A DNA stretch of 64,000 bases from a virus. Taxonomy: Duplodnaviria > Heunggongvirae > Uroviricota > Caudoviricetes. Positions 9,628-18,843 of the stretch are shown piece by piece. Within the stretch, counting starts at the first letter, position 1. The number at the start of each line of letters is the position of its first letter. The notes under the pieces were generated by a model that was given only the letters and a program-made list of their open reading frames with translations, did not search any database and was not told where the DNA came from. The position numbers were made by a program, and so were the translations under genes. Where the stretch lies: IMG/VR virus record IMGVR_UViG_3300001687_000010; one strand, 5' to 3'.

Positions 9628-9867
9628 ATGGAAAAATACGATAAATATTTAATAAATGAAGTATCCGGTGACCAAAATGGTATAGTTGAAATTATGAAAA
9701 CCAGTAATCTTGTTATCTATTTTTGGGATGATAAAAAAGGCAATTCTATAATTTGTAAATTTAGAAAAAAGGATTGGGATAAAATGGTGGATTTATCGCT
9801 TCAGATAGATAGTGGAACAACTTCAAAAACACCGGCCACAGGAAATGTAATAGGGTTTAATAGATAA
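9628..9867 (+). CDS. putative capsid-internal protein (CTS-like); start reassigned
   Basis: AGGAG SD; MEKYDKYLINE. Confidence 0.55.
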   Translation: MEKYDKYLINEVSGDQNGIVEIMKTSNLVIYFWDDKKGNSIICKFRKKDWDKMVDLSLQIDSGTTSKTPATGNVIGFNR

Positions 9868-10112
9868 TGGAAAAATATTTAACAGAAGGCGCACCGACTG
9901 ACGATGAAAAACAATCAGTACTGGACGCTATAAATTTTGCTTTAGATAAAGTTAGCACGTCCCAGATGGCCTTAAAAAATGGTCGAAAGATGGGTAAGTC
10001 ATTTTTCGGACGAGAAATGAAAGAGTTGGATAAGCAGGTAGATTCCCTGCGGAAAAACTTAATAAATATTAGTGATAGAGTTGTTAATGCTATGGTAAAA
10101 GGGAAAGAGTAA
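9867..10112 (+). CDS. putative capsid-internal protein (CTS-like)
   Basis: TAATG overlap; MEKYLTE. Confidence 0.5.
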   Translation: MEKYLTEGAPTDDEKQSVLDAINFALDKVSTSQMALKNGRKMGKSFFGREMKELDKQVDSLRKNLINISDRVVNAMVKGKE

Positions 10113-10118
10113 TTACAA

Positions 10119-10313
10119 ATGGCACTATATGAATATGTATGTAAGAAAAAGAAGTGCAAACACGTGATGGAAAAAATCATTTTTAATGAACAAGAAGAAG
10201 CGGAGTTAAAGTGTGAAAAATGTGGAGGAGAAGTTAAGCGCACGTTAAGCGTTTTTAATTTTGAGGTACATGGTTACAGTGCCGCCAATCAGTATAGTAA
10301 GGGGAAAAAGTAA
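10119..10313 (+). CDS. FmdB-family zinc-ribbon protein
   Basis: MALYEYVC..C..CEKCGG..RTLS..F..HGY. Confidence 0.7.
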   Translation: MALYEYVCKKKKCKHVMEKIIFNEQEEAELKCEKCGGEVKRTLSVFNFEVHGYSAANQYSKGKK

Positions 10314-10600
10314 TGCCGTTATATGATTTTGAATGTCCAGAATGTGGAGCTATTTTTGAGTGGCTTGCTAAAATGGATGAAGTTGTTAAATGTCCGCTTT
10401 GTTTTGATGTTGATGCGGTTAAAATATTTCCGACAACACCACCAAAGTTTAAGTTAACATATAATCCTAAGACTGATATGTGCGACTGGGATGGAAACCG
10501 GACTCGATATTGGGATGAATATAAAAAACAGAAAGCAGAAGGGAAAAATCCAAGAATACCGGAACTTGATGGAGAGAGTAGGATGAAAAAACCGGAATAG
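10313..10600 (+). CDS. FmdB-family zinc-ribbon protein
   Basis: MPLYDFECPECG..FE..CPLC. Confidence 0.75.
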   Translation: MPLYDFECPECGAIFEWLAKMDEVVKCPLCFDVDAVKIFPTTPPKFKLTYNPKTDMCDWDGNRTRYWDEYKKQKAEGKNPRIPELDGESRMKKPE

Positions 10601-10608
10601 GAGTTAAA

Positions 10609-11070
10609 TTGATAAGAGCACTAAGAGTATTTTTAGCGGTAATGCTGTTACTCGTTTTTTGTGCTGACGCTAAGACGGAAAATATAACGAATCCAAGGAC
10701 ATTAGAACAGGAAAAAATCTTAATAAACAATGTTATAAAATTAGAAATAACGAATTATGTTAAGAATTCAGATTGGACTGAGCGCAGGGATTATAATAAA
10801 GAAGCAGAGGATATAGGTAATATTATACAATCCTTTGGATGGGAGAAAAATAATTATATAGTTTTAATCGTAGGAGATTCTATTGGTTTACCTGATAATT
10901 TAATGGTTATGTTAAGGGGGAAAGTAGACCGCCGGAAAGTACCGAAATATCGGTTAGATTGGAATTTAAAAGAATATAAACCTAAAGGAGAGGAGAGTAC
11001 AGAAGAGGGACCACCGGAATGTTTTCCGTATGGCCCGTTTGATTTTAGTTGTAAAAAGTATAAAATTTAG
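10609..11070 (+). CDS. exported/membrane-anchored hypothetical protein
   Basis: N-terminal basic plus hydrophobic signal-peptide-like segment. Confidence 0.55.
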   Translation: MIRALRVFLAVMLLLVFCADAKTENITNPRTLEQEKILINNVIKLEITNYVKNSDWTERRDYNKEAEDIGNIIQSFGWEKNNYIVLIVGDSIGLPDNLMVMLRGKVDRRKVPKYRLDWNLKEYKPKGEESTEEGPPECFPYGPFDFSCKKYKI

Positions 11071-11082
11071 GAGTTTAGGTTT

Positions 11083-12246
11083 ATGGAAAGTGTATTAGTA
11101 TTAGGTTGTGATGGTTATTTAGGTCACGCATTAACTTTACGCCTGTTAGAAGAAGGATATGAGGTTTTTGGTATAGATGATTATCAAAGACGGAAGCACG
11201 TTAAGGAGATGGGTTCCTTTTCGGCTATTGATATACAAGACCCAACGGAACGTCAAAATTTATTTAGTTCGATAGGGGATTTTGAATGGGATTTTGCGGA
11301 TATTAGCGTCCCTGATATGTTTAAAGATGCACTTCCCCTTGGCTCACCTGATGTAATAGTCAATCTGGCGCAACAACCGTCAGCCCCATTTAGCCTGTTA
11401 AATCAAGAAGAGGCTTCAGATACTTCAATTAACAATTTGATAGGTACTTTAAACGTACTGTATTATATGAAGGAATTTGCCCCGGATGCCCATTTAATTC
11501 AAATTGGGTCTATGGGTGAATACGACCATGCCTGTGGTATTGATATTGCCGAAGGCGTTTTTGATATGGAGTTTAATGGGCGTATCGCAAAAAGTGTTCT
11601 ATTTCCGAGAAGACCCGGCAGTTTTTATCACGCAAGCAAGGTAGCATCAACGTATTATATCGATTGTGCTTGCCGATGGTGGGGTTTACGGGCAACGGAT
11701 ATTATGCAGGGAGTTGTTTACGGCAACTGGACACCGGAGATTGAAATGTATAATTCACCGACCCGATTGGATTCAGATGAGTGCTTTGGGACGGTTGTAA
11801 ATCGTTTTATTGTACAGTCTGTATTGGGTGAAGATTTAACGGTTTATGGAGACGGGGAGCAAAAAAGAGGATATCTGGCGTTAAATGATTCTATACAATG
11901 TCTTATGTTGGCCGTCCAAAACGTTCCAGAATCTGGCACATATCGCACTTGGAATCAAATTGATACGACTCATACAATTAATGAAATAGCACATTTGATA
12001 TCTTATGTTGCGGTTAATGATTTTGATTTAAAAACAAGTATTCAACATATTCCGACTCCTCGGGCGGAGAAAACGGATACTTTTGAGCATTATAAAGTTT
12101 ATGCGGATAAACTTAAAGAATTGGGGTTTGAGCCGACCAGAAAAATAATTGACGAGGCTAAATATGGTATAGGAAAGTTATTACCTGTTAAAGATGAATT
12201 ATATCCGCTAAAAGAAGTTGTAATACCGAATATAAAGTGGAAATAA
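11083..12246 (+). CDS. sqdB: UDP-sulfoquinovose synthase (SqdB/SQD1/Agl3 family)
   Basis: GCDGYLG, QPSAPFS, GSMGEY, PGSFYHASKV, TDIMQGVVYG, RLDSDECFGTVVNRF, LTVYGDGEQKRG match SQD1-family motifs. Confidence 0.85.
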   Translation: MESVLVLGCDGYLGHALTLRLLEEGYEVFGIDDYQRRKHVKEMGSFSAIDIQDPTERQNLFSSIGDFEWDFADISVPDMFKDALPLGSPDVIVNLAQQPSAPFSLLNQEEASDTSINNLIGTLNVLYYMKEFAPDAHLIQIGSMGEYDHACGIDIAEGVFDMEFNGRIAKSVLFPRRPGSFYHASKVASTYYIDCACRWWGLRATDIMQGVVYGNWTPEIEMYNSPTRLDSDECFGTVVNRFIVQSVLGEDLTVYGDGEQKRGYLALNDSIQCLMLAVQNVPESGTYRTWNQIDTTHTINEIAHLISYVAVNDFDLKTSIQHIPTPRAEKTDTFEHYKVYADKLKELGFEPTRKIIDEAKYGIGKLLPVKDELYPLKEVVIPNIKWK

Positions 12247-13599
12247 ATGCAAGGCAAAAAACCAAAACCGAGACAAAAATCAAGGCGTTACAAAACGCAA
12301 ATGAGAAAAATTCGAGGGGAATATATGGCATACGAAAATTTTAATGTTGAACCCGGAATGTCTGCGTGGGTAGATATGCCTGACGAATATAAAATCGCAT
12401 GGAAAAAATGGAAAGCGGCGTCACAGGGCAAAAAAATAACAGAGCAGAATATGGTAAAAATGCCGGAACCACAAATAACACCACCGGCACCAGAATCTGT
12501 GGAAAAAGAGGCAAAAAAGGTGAAAAAGAAAAAGCTGAAAAAACGTGGACCATTAGGCGGATATGATGATAAAATGACTAAGACGGCCGCTGTTTGTAAT
12601 TATACTGATACCCGATTTTTTGAAGAAAGATATAAACAAATAACTAACGGCATGATTATTAACAAAAATCGTAAACGGATTATGTTAGTTTCGGATGTAT
12701 GCGGTTGGGCTTGGTGGAATAAATCGCAGTATTTAAAGGCATATTTGGCTGATGAATTTGATATTAATCCTATCTATATTATAGGAGATGGAGCGGCCCG
12801 GAGTATACCTAAAAATAAGTATGATTTATACGTTACATATGGTTATTCTTATGTGCCGTATGTGGCTCAAACAGATAGGTCAAAAGTGGTGACCGGAATT
12901 ACCGCACATAGGGCTTTACATCTTTTAAAACCTTATATGAACATGGCAGGTCATGTTCATGCTAACAGTAGAATGCTTGAGGCCGATTTGCGTAAAATGG
13001 TTAAACATGAGAGTGTTTATTATGTACCAAATGGTGTAGATGAGGAGCTATTTTATGAGCGTCAACCGATGCGGAAAGAAGGTACTTTAATCGCAGGCCA
13101 CGTGGGTAAACAATGTAAAGAGAAAGGGCAATTAGAAATCATATTACCGGCTATGGCCGAAGCGGATGTGGAAAGTGCATATAACATGAATGATTACAGG
13201 TCAAGAGTGCCGTACTGCGAAATGTATAAATTTTATCAGGGTATAGATGTTTTTGTGGTTGCGTCCGTTGAGGATGGTACTCCCAACGGTGCGCTTGAGG
13301 CCGCCGCCTGTGGCCGTCCGATTTTATCAAACCGTATAGGCAATATGCCTGAGTTTATTAAAGATGGTTATAATGGATTCCTTGTTGACCGCAAAGTTGG
13401 AGCTTATGTAGAGCGGCTGAAATGGATGCAAAAACATCGGGAAGAGACCATCGAGATGGGCAAAAATGCCCGTAAAACCGTGGAGGAAAGATGGACGTGG
13501 AGCAAACAGTCGGATAATTGGCGTAAAATGTTCCGCAACATCTTTAGACTAAATGTTCGAAGACCTAATAAAAGACCAAAACCGACAAGCCAGAAATAA
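12247..13599 (+). CDS. glycosyltransferase family 4 (GT-B); start may be 12325
   Basis: VPNGVD, EDGTPNGALEAAACGRP, IKDGYNGFLV. Confidence 0.85.
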   Translation: MQGKKPKPRQKSRRYKTQMRKIRGEYMAYENFNVEPGMSAWVDMPDEYKIAWKKWKAASQGKKITEQNMVKMPEPQITPPAPESVEKEAKKVKKKKLKKRGPLGGYDDKMTKTAAVCNYTDTRFFEERYKQITNGMIINKNRKRIMLVSDVCGWAWWNKSQYLKAYLADEFDINPIYIIGDGAARSIPKNKYDLYVTYGYSYVPYVAQTDRSKVVTGITAHRALHLLKPYMNMAGHVHANSRMLEADLRKMVKHESVYYVPNGVDEELFYERQPMRKEGTLIAGHVGKQCKEKGQLEIILPAMAEADVESAYNMNDYRSRVPYCEMYKFYQGIDVFVVASVEDGTPNGALEAAACGRPILSNRIGNMPEFIKDGYNGFLVDRKVGAYVERLKWMQKHREETIEMGKNARKTVEERWTWSKQSDNWRKMFRNIFRLNVRRPNKRPKPTSQK

Positions 13600-13810
13600 A
13601 GTTAGTTGGGATATAGATAAATACGAAAAAAAGGCGTATTGTTATGTCTGTGGTTCGACTAAAGTTACCATTTTAAGAGATTATTTAACAGGGAAAACAT
13701 TGGAAAAGGATATCCAGTGTAATAACTGCGGAGTGATATGGAAAGAAGTTTGGGATAAGAATATAAAATTAGGTCTAAAAGAAGTTAAGACTGATTTAAT
13801 ACAATTTTAG
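13553..13810 (+). CDS. small zinc-ribbon protein
   Basis: MFEDLI start; CYVC and CNNC. Confidence 0.55.
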   Translation: MFEDLIKDQNRQARNKVSWDIDKYEKKAYCYVCGSTKVTILRDYLTGKTLEKDIQCNNCGVIWKEVWDKNIKLGLKEVKTDLIQF

Positions 13811-13816
13811 GAGAAT

Positions 13817-14746
13817 TTGTTTATGAGAGCTGTTATTTTAGGTAACACTAAACTTAATTATAGTTGGTTTGTTTTAACATACCGTCAAGGCTTACAATCT
13901 AATGGTGTAGAGGTTTTTGACGTAGATTATAAGTCGAATTCGTTAGGCGGAATAAAGCAACAATTAATAGATATAAAACCGGACTATGTTTTTACTCACC
14001 TCACGTTTCATACAAGCGTGAATCCTACCGGAAAGGTGCTTCAAATGTACCGGGACGTAACACAGGCTTGTGGGGCTAAATTTATCCATACTTGTAATGA
14101 CGCAAGAGGGATAGATAGGTACATGGGGGATATAAGTAATGTTATTCATATGGCATTTGTGGGTAATACAGAATTACTTCAAAACGGGTTGGCGGCATGG
14201 AATATACCAGTTTATTATGCGCCATATTCAACTTTAAACTATTCTAAAATGGCGAATCCTGCTCCCGACCTTATGTTTAAAGACCCGGTGTTCACCGGCT
14301 CACCTAATTCCCATAAAGATAGATTTGAATTTTTACAACGAATAGCCAGACGGATTAAGATACTGGTTTTCCAGACGCAGTCAGGCAACGACCTGCGTAA
14401 ACGGACTCCAGAGTTATCCGCTTCGGCTAAATGTATTTTGGGGTTATGTACTGGATATGATGTTGAGGGTTATATAGACGTTAGACCGTTCCAGTATTTA
14501 GGCACAGGGGCTTGTATGATAGCACGGAAGTTTAAAAACATGGATGCTATTATACCGGAGAAGTATTATTATCCGATAAATTCTTATAAGGCCGAAGGCG
14601 TGGATATGTTAATAGACCACTGGAATCGGATTCAAAAAGAGGATACAAGGCCGATGCAGGAAAAGGCTTTTAAGTTTACGCAACAGCAACATAGCTGCAA
14701 AACACGGCTTAAATTTGTATTAGATATGTTAGAAGGAGTACACTAA
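13817..14746 (+). CDS. CgeB/Glyco_trans_1_2-like glycosyltransferase
   Basis: VFTGS..R, RPFQYLGTGAC, HSCKTR C-terminal pattern. Confidence 0.65.
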   Translation: MFMRAVILGNTKLNYSWFVLTYRQGLQSNGVEVFDVDYKSNSLGGIKQQLIDIKPDYVFTHLTFHTSVNPTGKVLQMYRDVTQACGAKFIHTCNDARGIDRYMGDISNVIHMAFVGNTELLQNGLAAWNIPVYYAPYSTLNYSKMANPAPDLMFKDPVFTGSPNSHKDRFEFLQRIARRIKILVFQTQSGNDLRKRTPELSASAKCILGLCTGYDVEGYIDVRPFQYLGTGACMIARKFKNMDAIIPEKYYYPINSYKAEGVDMLIDHWNRIQKEDTRPMQEKAFKFTQQQHSCKTRLKFVLDMLEGVH

Positions 14747-15009
14747 TGAGTTTACCATCAACCGCAGTGTTTTATGATAAAAATGGTGACCATATGGAAA
14801 ATGTAGGTATAAATGTTGGTTGGTTTATGTCTGCGGATGGTTTAGCAAGGGCAATGGATGAAATTAAATGCCCGGAAGGATGGGCAAAGGTTGTTTTATA
14901 TGGGGAGTATTTTACAAGGAAAGAAATGGATGAATTTATGATGGCGTATTTTAAGTGGCAAAAAATGGAAAATTGGATTCATGAGAAATATAAGAAGAAG
15001 GAAGAATAA
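14746..15009 (+). CDS. hypothetical protein
   Basis: TAATG coupling, AGGAG SD. Confidence 0.55.
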   Translation: MSLPSTAVFYDKNGDHMENVGINVGWFMSADGLARAMDEIKCPEGWAKVVLYGEYFTRKEMDEFMMAYFKWQKMENWIHEKYKKKEE

Positions 15010-15012
15010 AAA

Positions 15013-15900
15013 ATGGAACCGTTAGATATTTTAATAATGGGCAGTAGCCGACCACAGCTATTACCGTTTTTCTGGAATAGCGTTAAACGTATGTGTATTA
15101 TTAGGCGACCTGTGCGTGTATTTTATCATGAAGATTGGGTATTTCCCAATGAGAGTAAAAAGGTTAAAGCCGAATTAAATAAACTGGATGCCAGTATCAA
15201 ATATATAGAGCATAACCCGAAAATAGGTTTAGGACCGGCTATGGATTATATGTTTAGAAATCATATTAAATCCAAGTATATGTTTTACCTTCAGGAAGAT
15301 TGGGAGTTTGAAAGGCCGGTTGATATCGACCAGATTTTATGGGTAATGGACCATAATCCTAAAGTTAACCTTGTGTTTTTTAATAAATATGTAACATATA
15401 GGTCGATTAACGGATTCCCACAAGAAGAATATAGGTTTAACGGTTTAGATTTGTGTTTATATCCTGCGTGGACGTTTTTGCCGGGGATTTGGAAGATGCC
15501 GTTTGTAAGACCGAAGTGGCGCACGACTTATAATAAACCGGAAGCGTTTTTTACTCAGGTGTTTGACGGGCGTAATAATCCGGCTTGGGCAAAGGCGCAT
15601 TTAGGTGCGTATATTTATGGCAGACAGGGTGACCCGAGAGTGGTACGTCATTTAGGCAATTCTTGGCGTATGGCTTCGTGGCGACTTGAAGGTGGCAAGC
15701 CCGGAGGTATGATAGAGTGGGATATTCAAGATTTACAGTTTAAACCTAAATGGCACCCGCTTACACCGGGGGTTCCGCTTAATAAGGCAGTTGGGGTTAA
15801 AGAAGAGAAGTTTGTGGCTATGTTACAGGAAGAGCCGCCCGAGATTCAAGAAGCGTTAAAGGGTTATATAGAAGCCTATAAGAAAAAAATGGGAAAATAA
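15013..15900 (+). CDS. glycosyltransferase family 2-like (GT-A)
   Basis: SSRPQLL, YHED, FYLQEDWEF, VRHLG. Confidence 0.7.
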   Translation: MEPLDILIMGSSRPQLLPFFWNSVKRMCIIRRPVRVFYHEDWVFPNESKKVKAELNKLDASIKYIEHNPKIGLGPAMDYMFRNHIKSKYMFYLQEDWEFERPVDIDQILWVMDHNPKVNLVFFNKYVTYRSINGFPQEEYRFNGLDLCLYPAWTFLPGIWKMPFVRPKWRTTYNKPEAFFTQVFDGRNNPAWAKAHLGAYIYGRQGDPRVVRHLGNSWRMASWRLEGGKPGGMIEWDIQDLQFKPKWHPLTPGVPLNKAVGVKEEKFVAMLQEEPPEIQEALKGYIEAYKKKMGK

Positions 15901-15901
15901 T

Positions 15902-16120
15902 ATGGACTGGTTGTTATCAATTGTGAGTGTTTTGTGGTTATGGATGACTGGAAACAGATGGAGATGGACGTGGTATCTATCTTTGGCACTTAATATATTA
16001 TGGATTGTGTATGCTATTAATATTCAGCAATACGGTTTAATTCCGGGTTCAATTGCTTTTTGTATAGTAGCAGTCCGCAATGAAAAACAATGGTTGAAAG
16101 ACGGCGTACATAAGAGATGA
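15902..16120 (+). CDS. small PnuC-like (half-size) membrane protein
   Basis: 72 aa, three hydrophobic segments, W..S..N.LW..Y....QYG pattern. Confidence 0.5.
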   Translation: MDWLLSIVSVLWLWMTGNRWRWTWYLSLALNILWIVYAINIQQYGLIPGSIAFCIVAVRNEKQWLKDGVHKR

Positions 16121-17082
16121 GAATACTTTATTTAACAAGGGATTATACCCAAAGAGCATCTGCTTACTCGTTAGTTTTTCCGTTAGAACGAGCATTAAAA
16201 GCAACGGGAAAAATAGAAATAATAGCAAGAGATACTCATAAAACATATGGACGAAATTATGATATCGAAGTATTAAATGGGAAAACTTTTGATGTACCTA
16301 AATTGGATTATAAAAAGGTAAATGAGTATGACTTTATGTTCTTTGAAAATCTGTTCCCGTTTTGGTTTGAAGAATGGGATAAGATTGAAATACCCATAAT
16401 ATTAGGCCTCGAAGATTTGCACGGGTACGTTCCGGGTTTCTTAGAAGAGGTGTTCGGGCGTATAGATGTTAAGGCAATCTTTACTAAGTATTACACGCCA
16501 TATTTATCTCGATATGGTAAGAAATACGAAGTTCCTGTTTTTCACTGGCCACATTGCGCCGGTGATATTCATAAGGACTATGGTCTAAAGAAGGAATGGG
16601 GAGCACTACATATTGGTACTATGGGCGGGGATTATAAACTTCGTAGTCAGATATACGAAACATTATATGATAAATCATATTTTCGTAGGATTGAACGTCA
16701 GCCGAATGCTCTCGGGCCAAGTGCTTGGCCGATAGGGGAAGAGTATGCGAGAGTGTTAAATAAGGCTAAAATAGTTTTTAATTGTTCTTCCAAGTACCAG
16801 TATGTAGTCGCAAAGTTTTTTGAAATACCGGCTTGCCGGTCATTAATGATAAGTGATTATCCACCTGATTTAGATAGGCTTGGTTTTATACCTGATTTGC
16901 ATTATGTGCCGGTTTATCCGGCAGTGGGTATAGAAAAAACAGTTGATTATTGGTTAGCGCACGATAAAAAAAGACAGGAGGTCACCGATGCTGGGTATGA
17001 GTTTATACATAAAGAGCATATGGCCGAAAATCGGGCGGCGGAATTTATACAATATTGTGAATGTTTGAAGGAGATATTATGA
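16117..17082 (+). CDS. CgeB/Glyco_trans_1_2-like glycosyltransferase
   Basis: YARVLNKAKIVFN, KFFEIPAC, GYEFIHKEH..NR. Confidence 0.8.
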   Translation: MRILYLTRDYTQRASAYSLVFPLERALKATGKIEIIARDTHKTYGRNYDIEVLNGKTFDVPKLDYKKVNEYDFMFFENLFPFWFEEWDKIEIPIILGLEDLHGYVPGFLEEVFGRIDVKAIFTKYYTPYLSRYGKKYEVPVFHWPHCAGDIHKDYGLKKEWGALHIGTMGGDYKLRSQIYETLYDKSYFRRIERQPNALGPSAWPIGEEYARVLNKAKIVFNCSSKYQYVVAKFFEIPACRSLMISDYPPDLDRLGFIPDLHYVPVYPAVGIEKTVDYWLAHDKKRQEVTDAGYEFIHKEHMAENRAAEFIQYCECLKEIL

Positions 17083-18233
17083 AAATTTTAATAGTACCCG
17101 ATATAGTTGGTTGGGTTGTGGAAGATATGGCATTGAATCTGGAAAGGGTATTAAAGGATGATTTTGATGTAACGATTAAATATTCTGATAAATTGGCAGC
17201 CAAACATGGTAAACCCATTTTAGATTGGTCGAAAGATTATAACGAATATGATATACTTTTTATTATGTTACCGAGTTATATACCGGAGAATTTGCCAGAT
17301 ATATCTAAAGTTGTAACGTGTTTTCACGGGGGACCCGGAACAGAAGGACAAGCCGATATGCTTCAGCGATATGGATACAAAGATATGCGTATCGCATATG
17401 TTAGTGAGCAGACCAGATGGCGTGTAATGGAGAATCCTTTTGTTAATACAAAAAAAGAGAAGGTTCCGTTAAAACAAGAAATTGATATTGAATGGTTAAA
17501 AAAGAAAAAATTACAATTAGCTGATAAAGATTCTTTACAAATTATTAGTGACCCACGAACTGTACAAAAATGGATTGAAGTTCAGGTTCAGTATAAACGT
17601 ACTGGATTCGGTTTTAATGAATTATATTTTACGCCTCACGGTGTGGATGTTGAAACATTTTATCAAAAACGCTTAAATCAGGATTTTATATGCGGCTATG
17701 CTGGTTGGGCTAATTATTTATTAGGTGGACAAGAAGACCATAGGCGAGCACGGTGGATTATGGATGCGTGGAAAGAGTTAAAAAATGTTAAATTTAATCT
17801 TGCTGTGGGGCTTAGAGAGCACGACCATAATAACCTTAAAAAGTTCAATGCGGCTTGGGGGAATCCACTTGTAAAAGCCGGTTTATATGAGCATAAAGAT
17901 ATGCCGAGTTATTATACACAAGTTAGCACTTATTTAGTACCGGACGCACGGGCCGGCGGCCCTGTTCCTGTATTAGAAGCAGGGGCTATGGGAATTCCGG
18001 TTGTCTGTACAAAGGCCGGACTCTGCGGTGATATGATAGAGGATGGTATACATGGCAAGGTTATAGAAGAAAGTAGTGATACATTCGGGGAGTTTGTTAA
18101 GGCTATTGAATGGATGAAACATCATCCCAAAGAGCGAGAGCAAATGGGTAAAAATTTAAGAGAATATATTTACAAAAATAGACGATGGGAGGATGTAAAG
18201 GAATATTGGGTTAAATTCCTTTTAGGAAAATAA
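17079..18233 (+). CDS. glycosyltransferase family 4 (GT-B)
   Basis: PHGVD, PVPVLEAGAMGIPVV, IEDGIHG; start after AAGGAG with ATGA overlap. Confidence 0.8.
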   Translation: MKILIVPDIVGWVVEDMALNLERVLKDDFDVTIKYSDKLAAKHGKPILDWSKDYNEYDILFIMLPSYIPENLPDISKVVTCFHGGPGTEGQADMLQRYGYKDMRIAYVSEQTRWRVMENPFVNTKKEKVPLKQEIDIEWLKKKKLQLADKDSLQIISDPRTVQKWIEVQVQYKRTGFGFNELYFTPHGVDVETFYQKRLNQDFICGYAGWANYLLGGQEDHRRARWIMDAWKELKNVKFNLAVGLREHDHNNLKKFNAAWGNPLVKAGLYEHKDMPSYYTQVSTYLVPDARAGGPVPVLEAGAMGIPVVCTKAGLCGDMIEDGIHGKVIEESSDTFGEFVKAIEWMKHHPKEREQMGKNLREYIYKNRRWEDVKEYWVKFLLGK

Positions 18234-18234
18234 T

Positions 18235-18843
18235 ATGATATTTGTATGTTTATCAGGAAAACGGACAGGGTCAACTTTTTTAGAAAGATGTCTGGCTTCA
18301 CACCCGGATATTGATGCTCATGGTGAGCTGTTTACTTTAAAAGACGCAAAGCGGAATGAGAATTTCCTATTTTGGAAAACTGATAAAGCGGTGACTTTTA
18401 AGTTAATGTATAATCAATGCCAGAAATTAGAATTGATGCCGCTTATTAAAGAGAATAATTTGCCTGTTATCCATTTAATTAGGAGAAGCCCTTATAATAA
18501 GGTATTATCTGACCTTGCTGTTAAAAAAATGAATGAAGTTCATGCGTCAGAATTTATGCGTTATGTTATGGAATATAAACGTAATGTAGATGTTTTTCGT
18601 ATGGTATTTTCGGAATATGAATTTTATATGGAGGTTTTTATGGAGGATATGATAGGCAATGCTAATAAACGCAAGGCTGGTGGTACGTTTATGGTAAAAA
18701 ATATATCCGATGATTTATGTGGCTTTTTGGGTGTTAAAAAAAGACGTTTATGGTCAGATACGACTAAAACAGGAAAGAATTATTGGGAATTTTTTGAATA
18801 CGCAAAGGAATTAGAATATACAATAAAAAGGGATTCAAAATGA
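18235..18843 (+). CDS. sulfotransferase (Stf0-like)
   Basis: RTGSTFL..LASHPDI..HGELF PAPS-binding loop; FKLMYNQ; VIHLIRR. Confidence 0.75.
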   Translation: MIFVCLSGKRTGSTFLERCLASHPDIDAHGELFTLKDAKRNENFLFWKTDKAVTFKLMYNQCQKLELMPLIKENNLPVIHLIRRSPYNKVLSDLAVKKMNEVHASEFMRYVMEYKRNVDVFRMVFSEYEFYMEVFMEDMIGNANKRKAGGTFMVKNISDDLCGFLGVKKRRLWSDTTKTGKNYWEFFEYAKELEYTIKRDSK

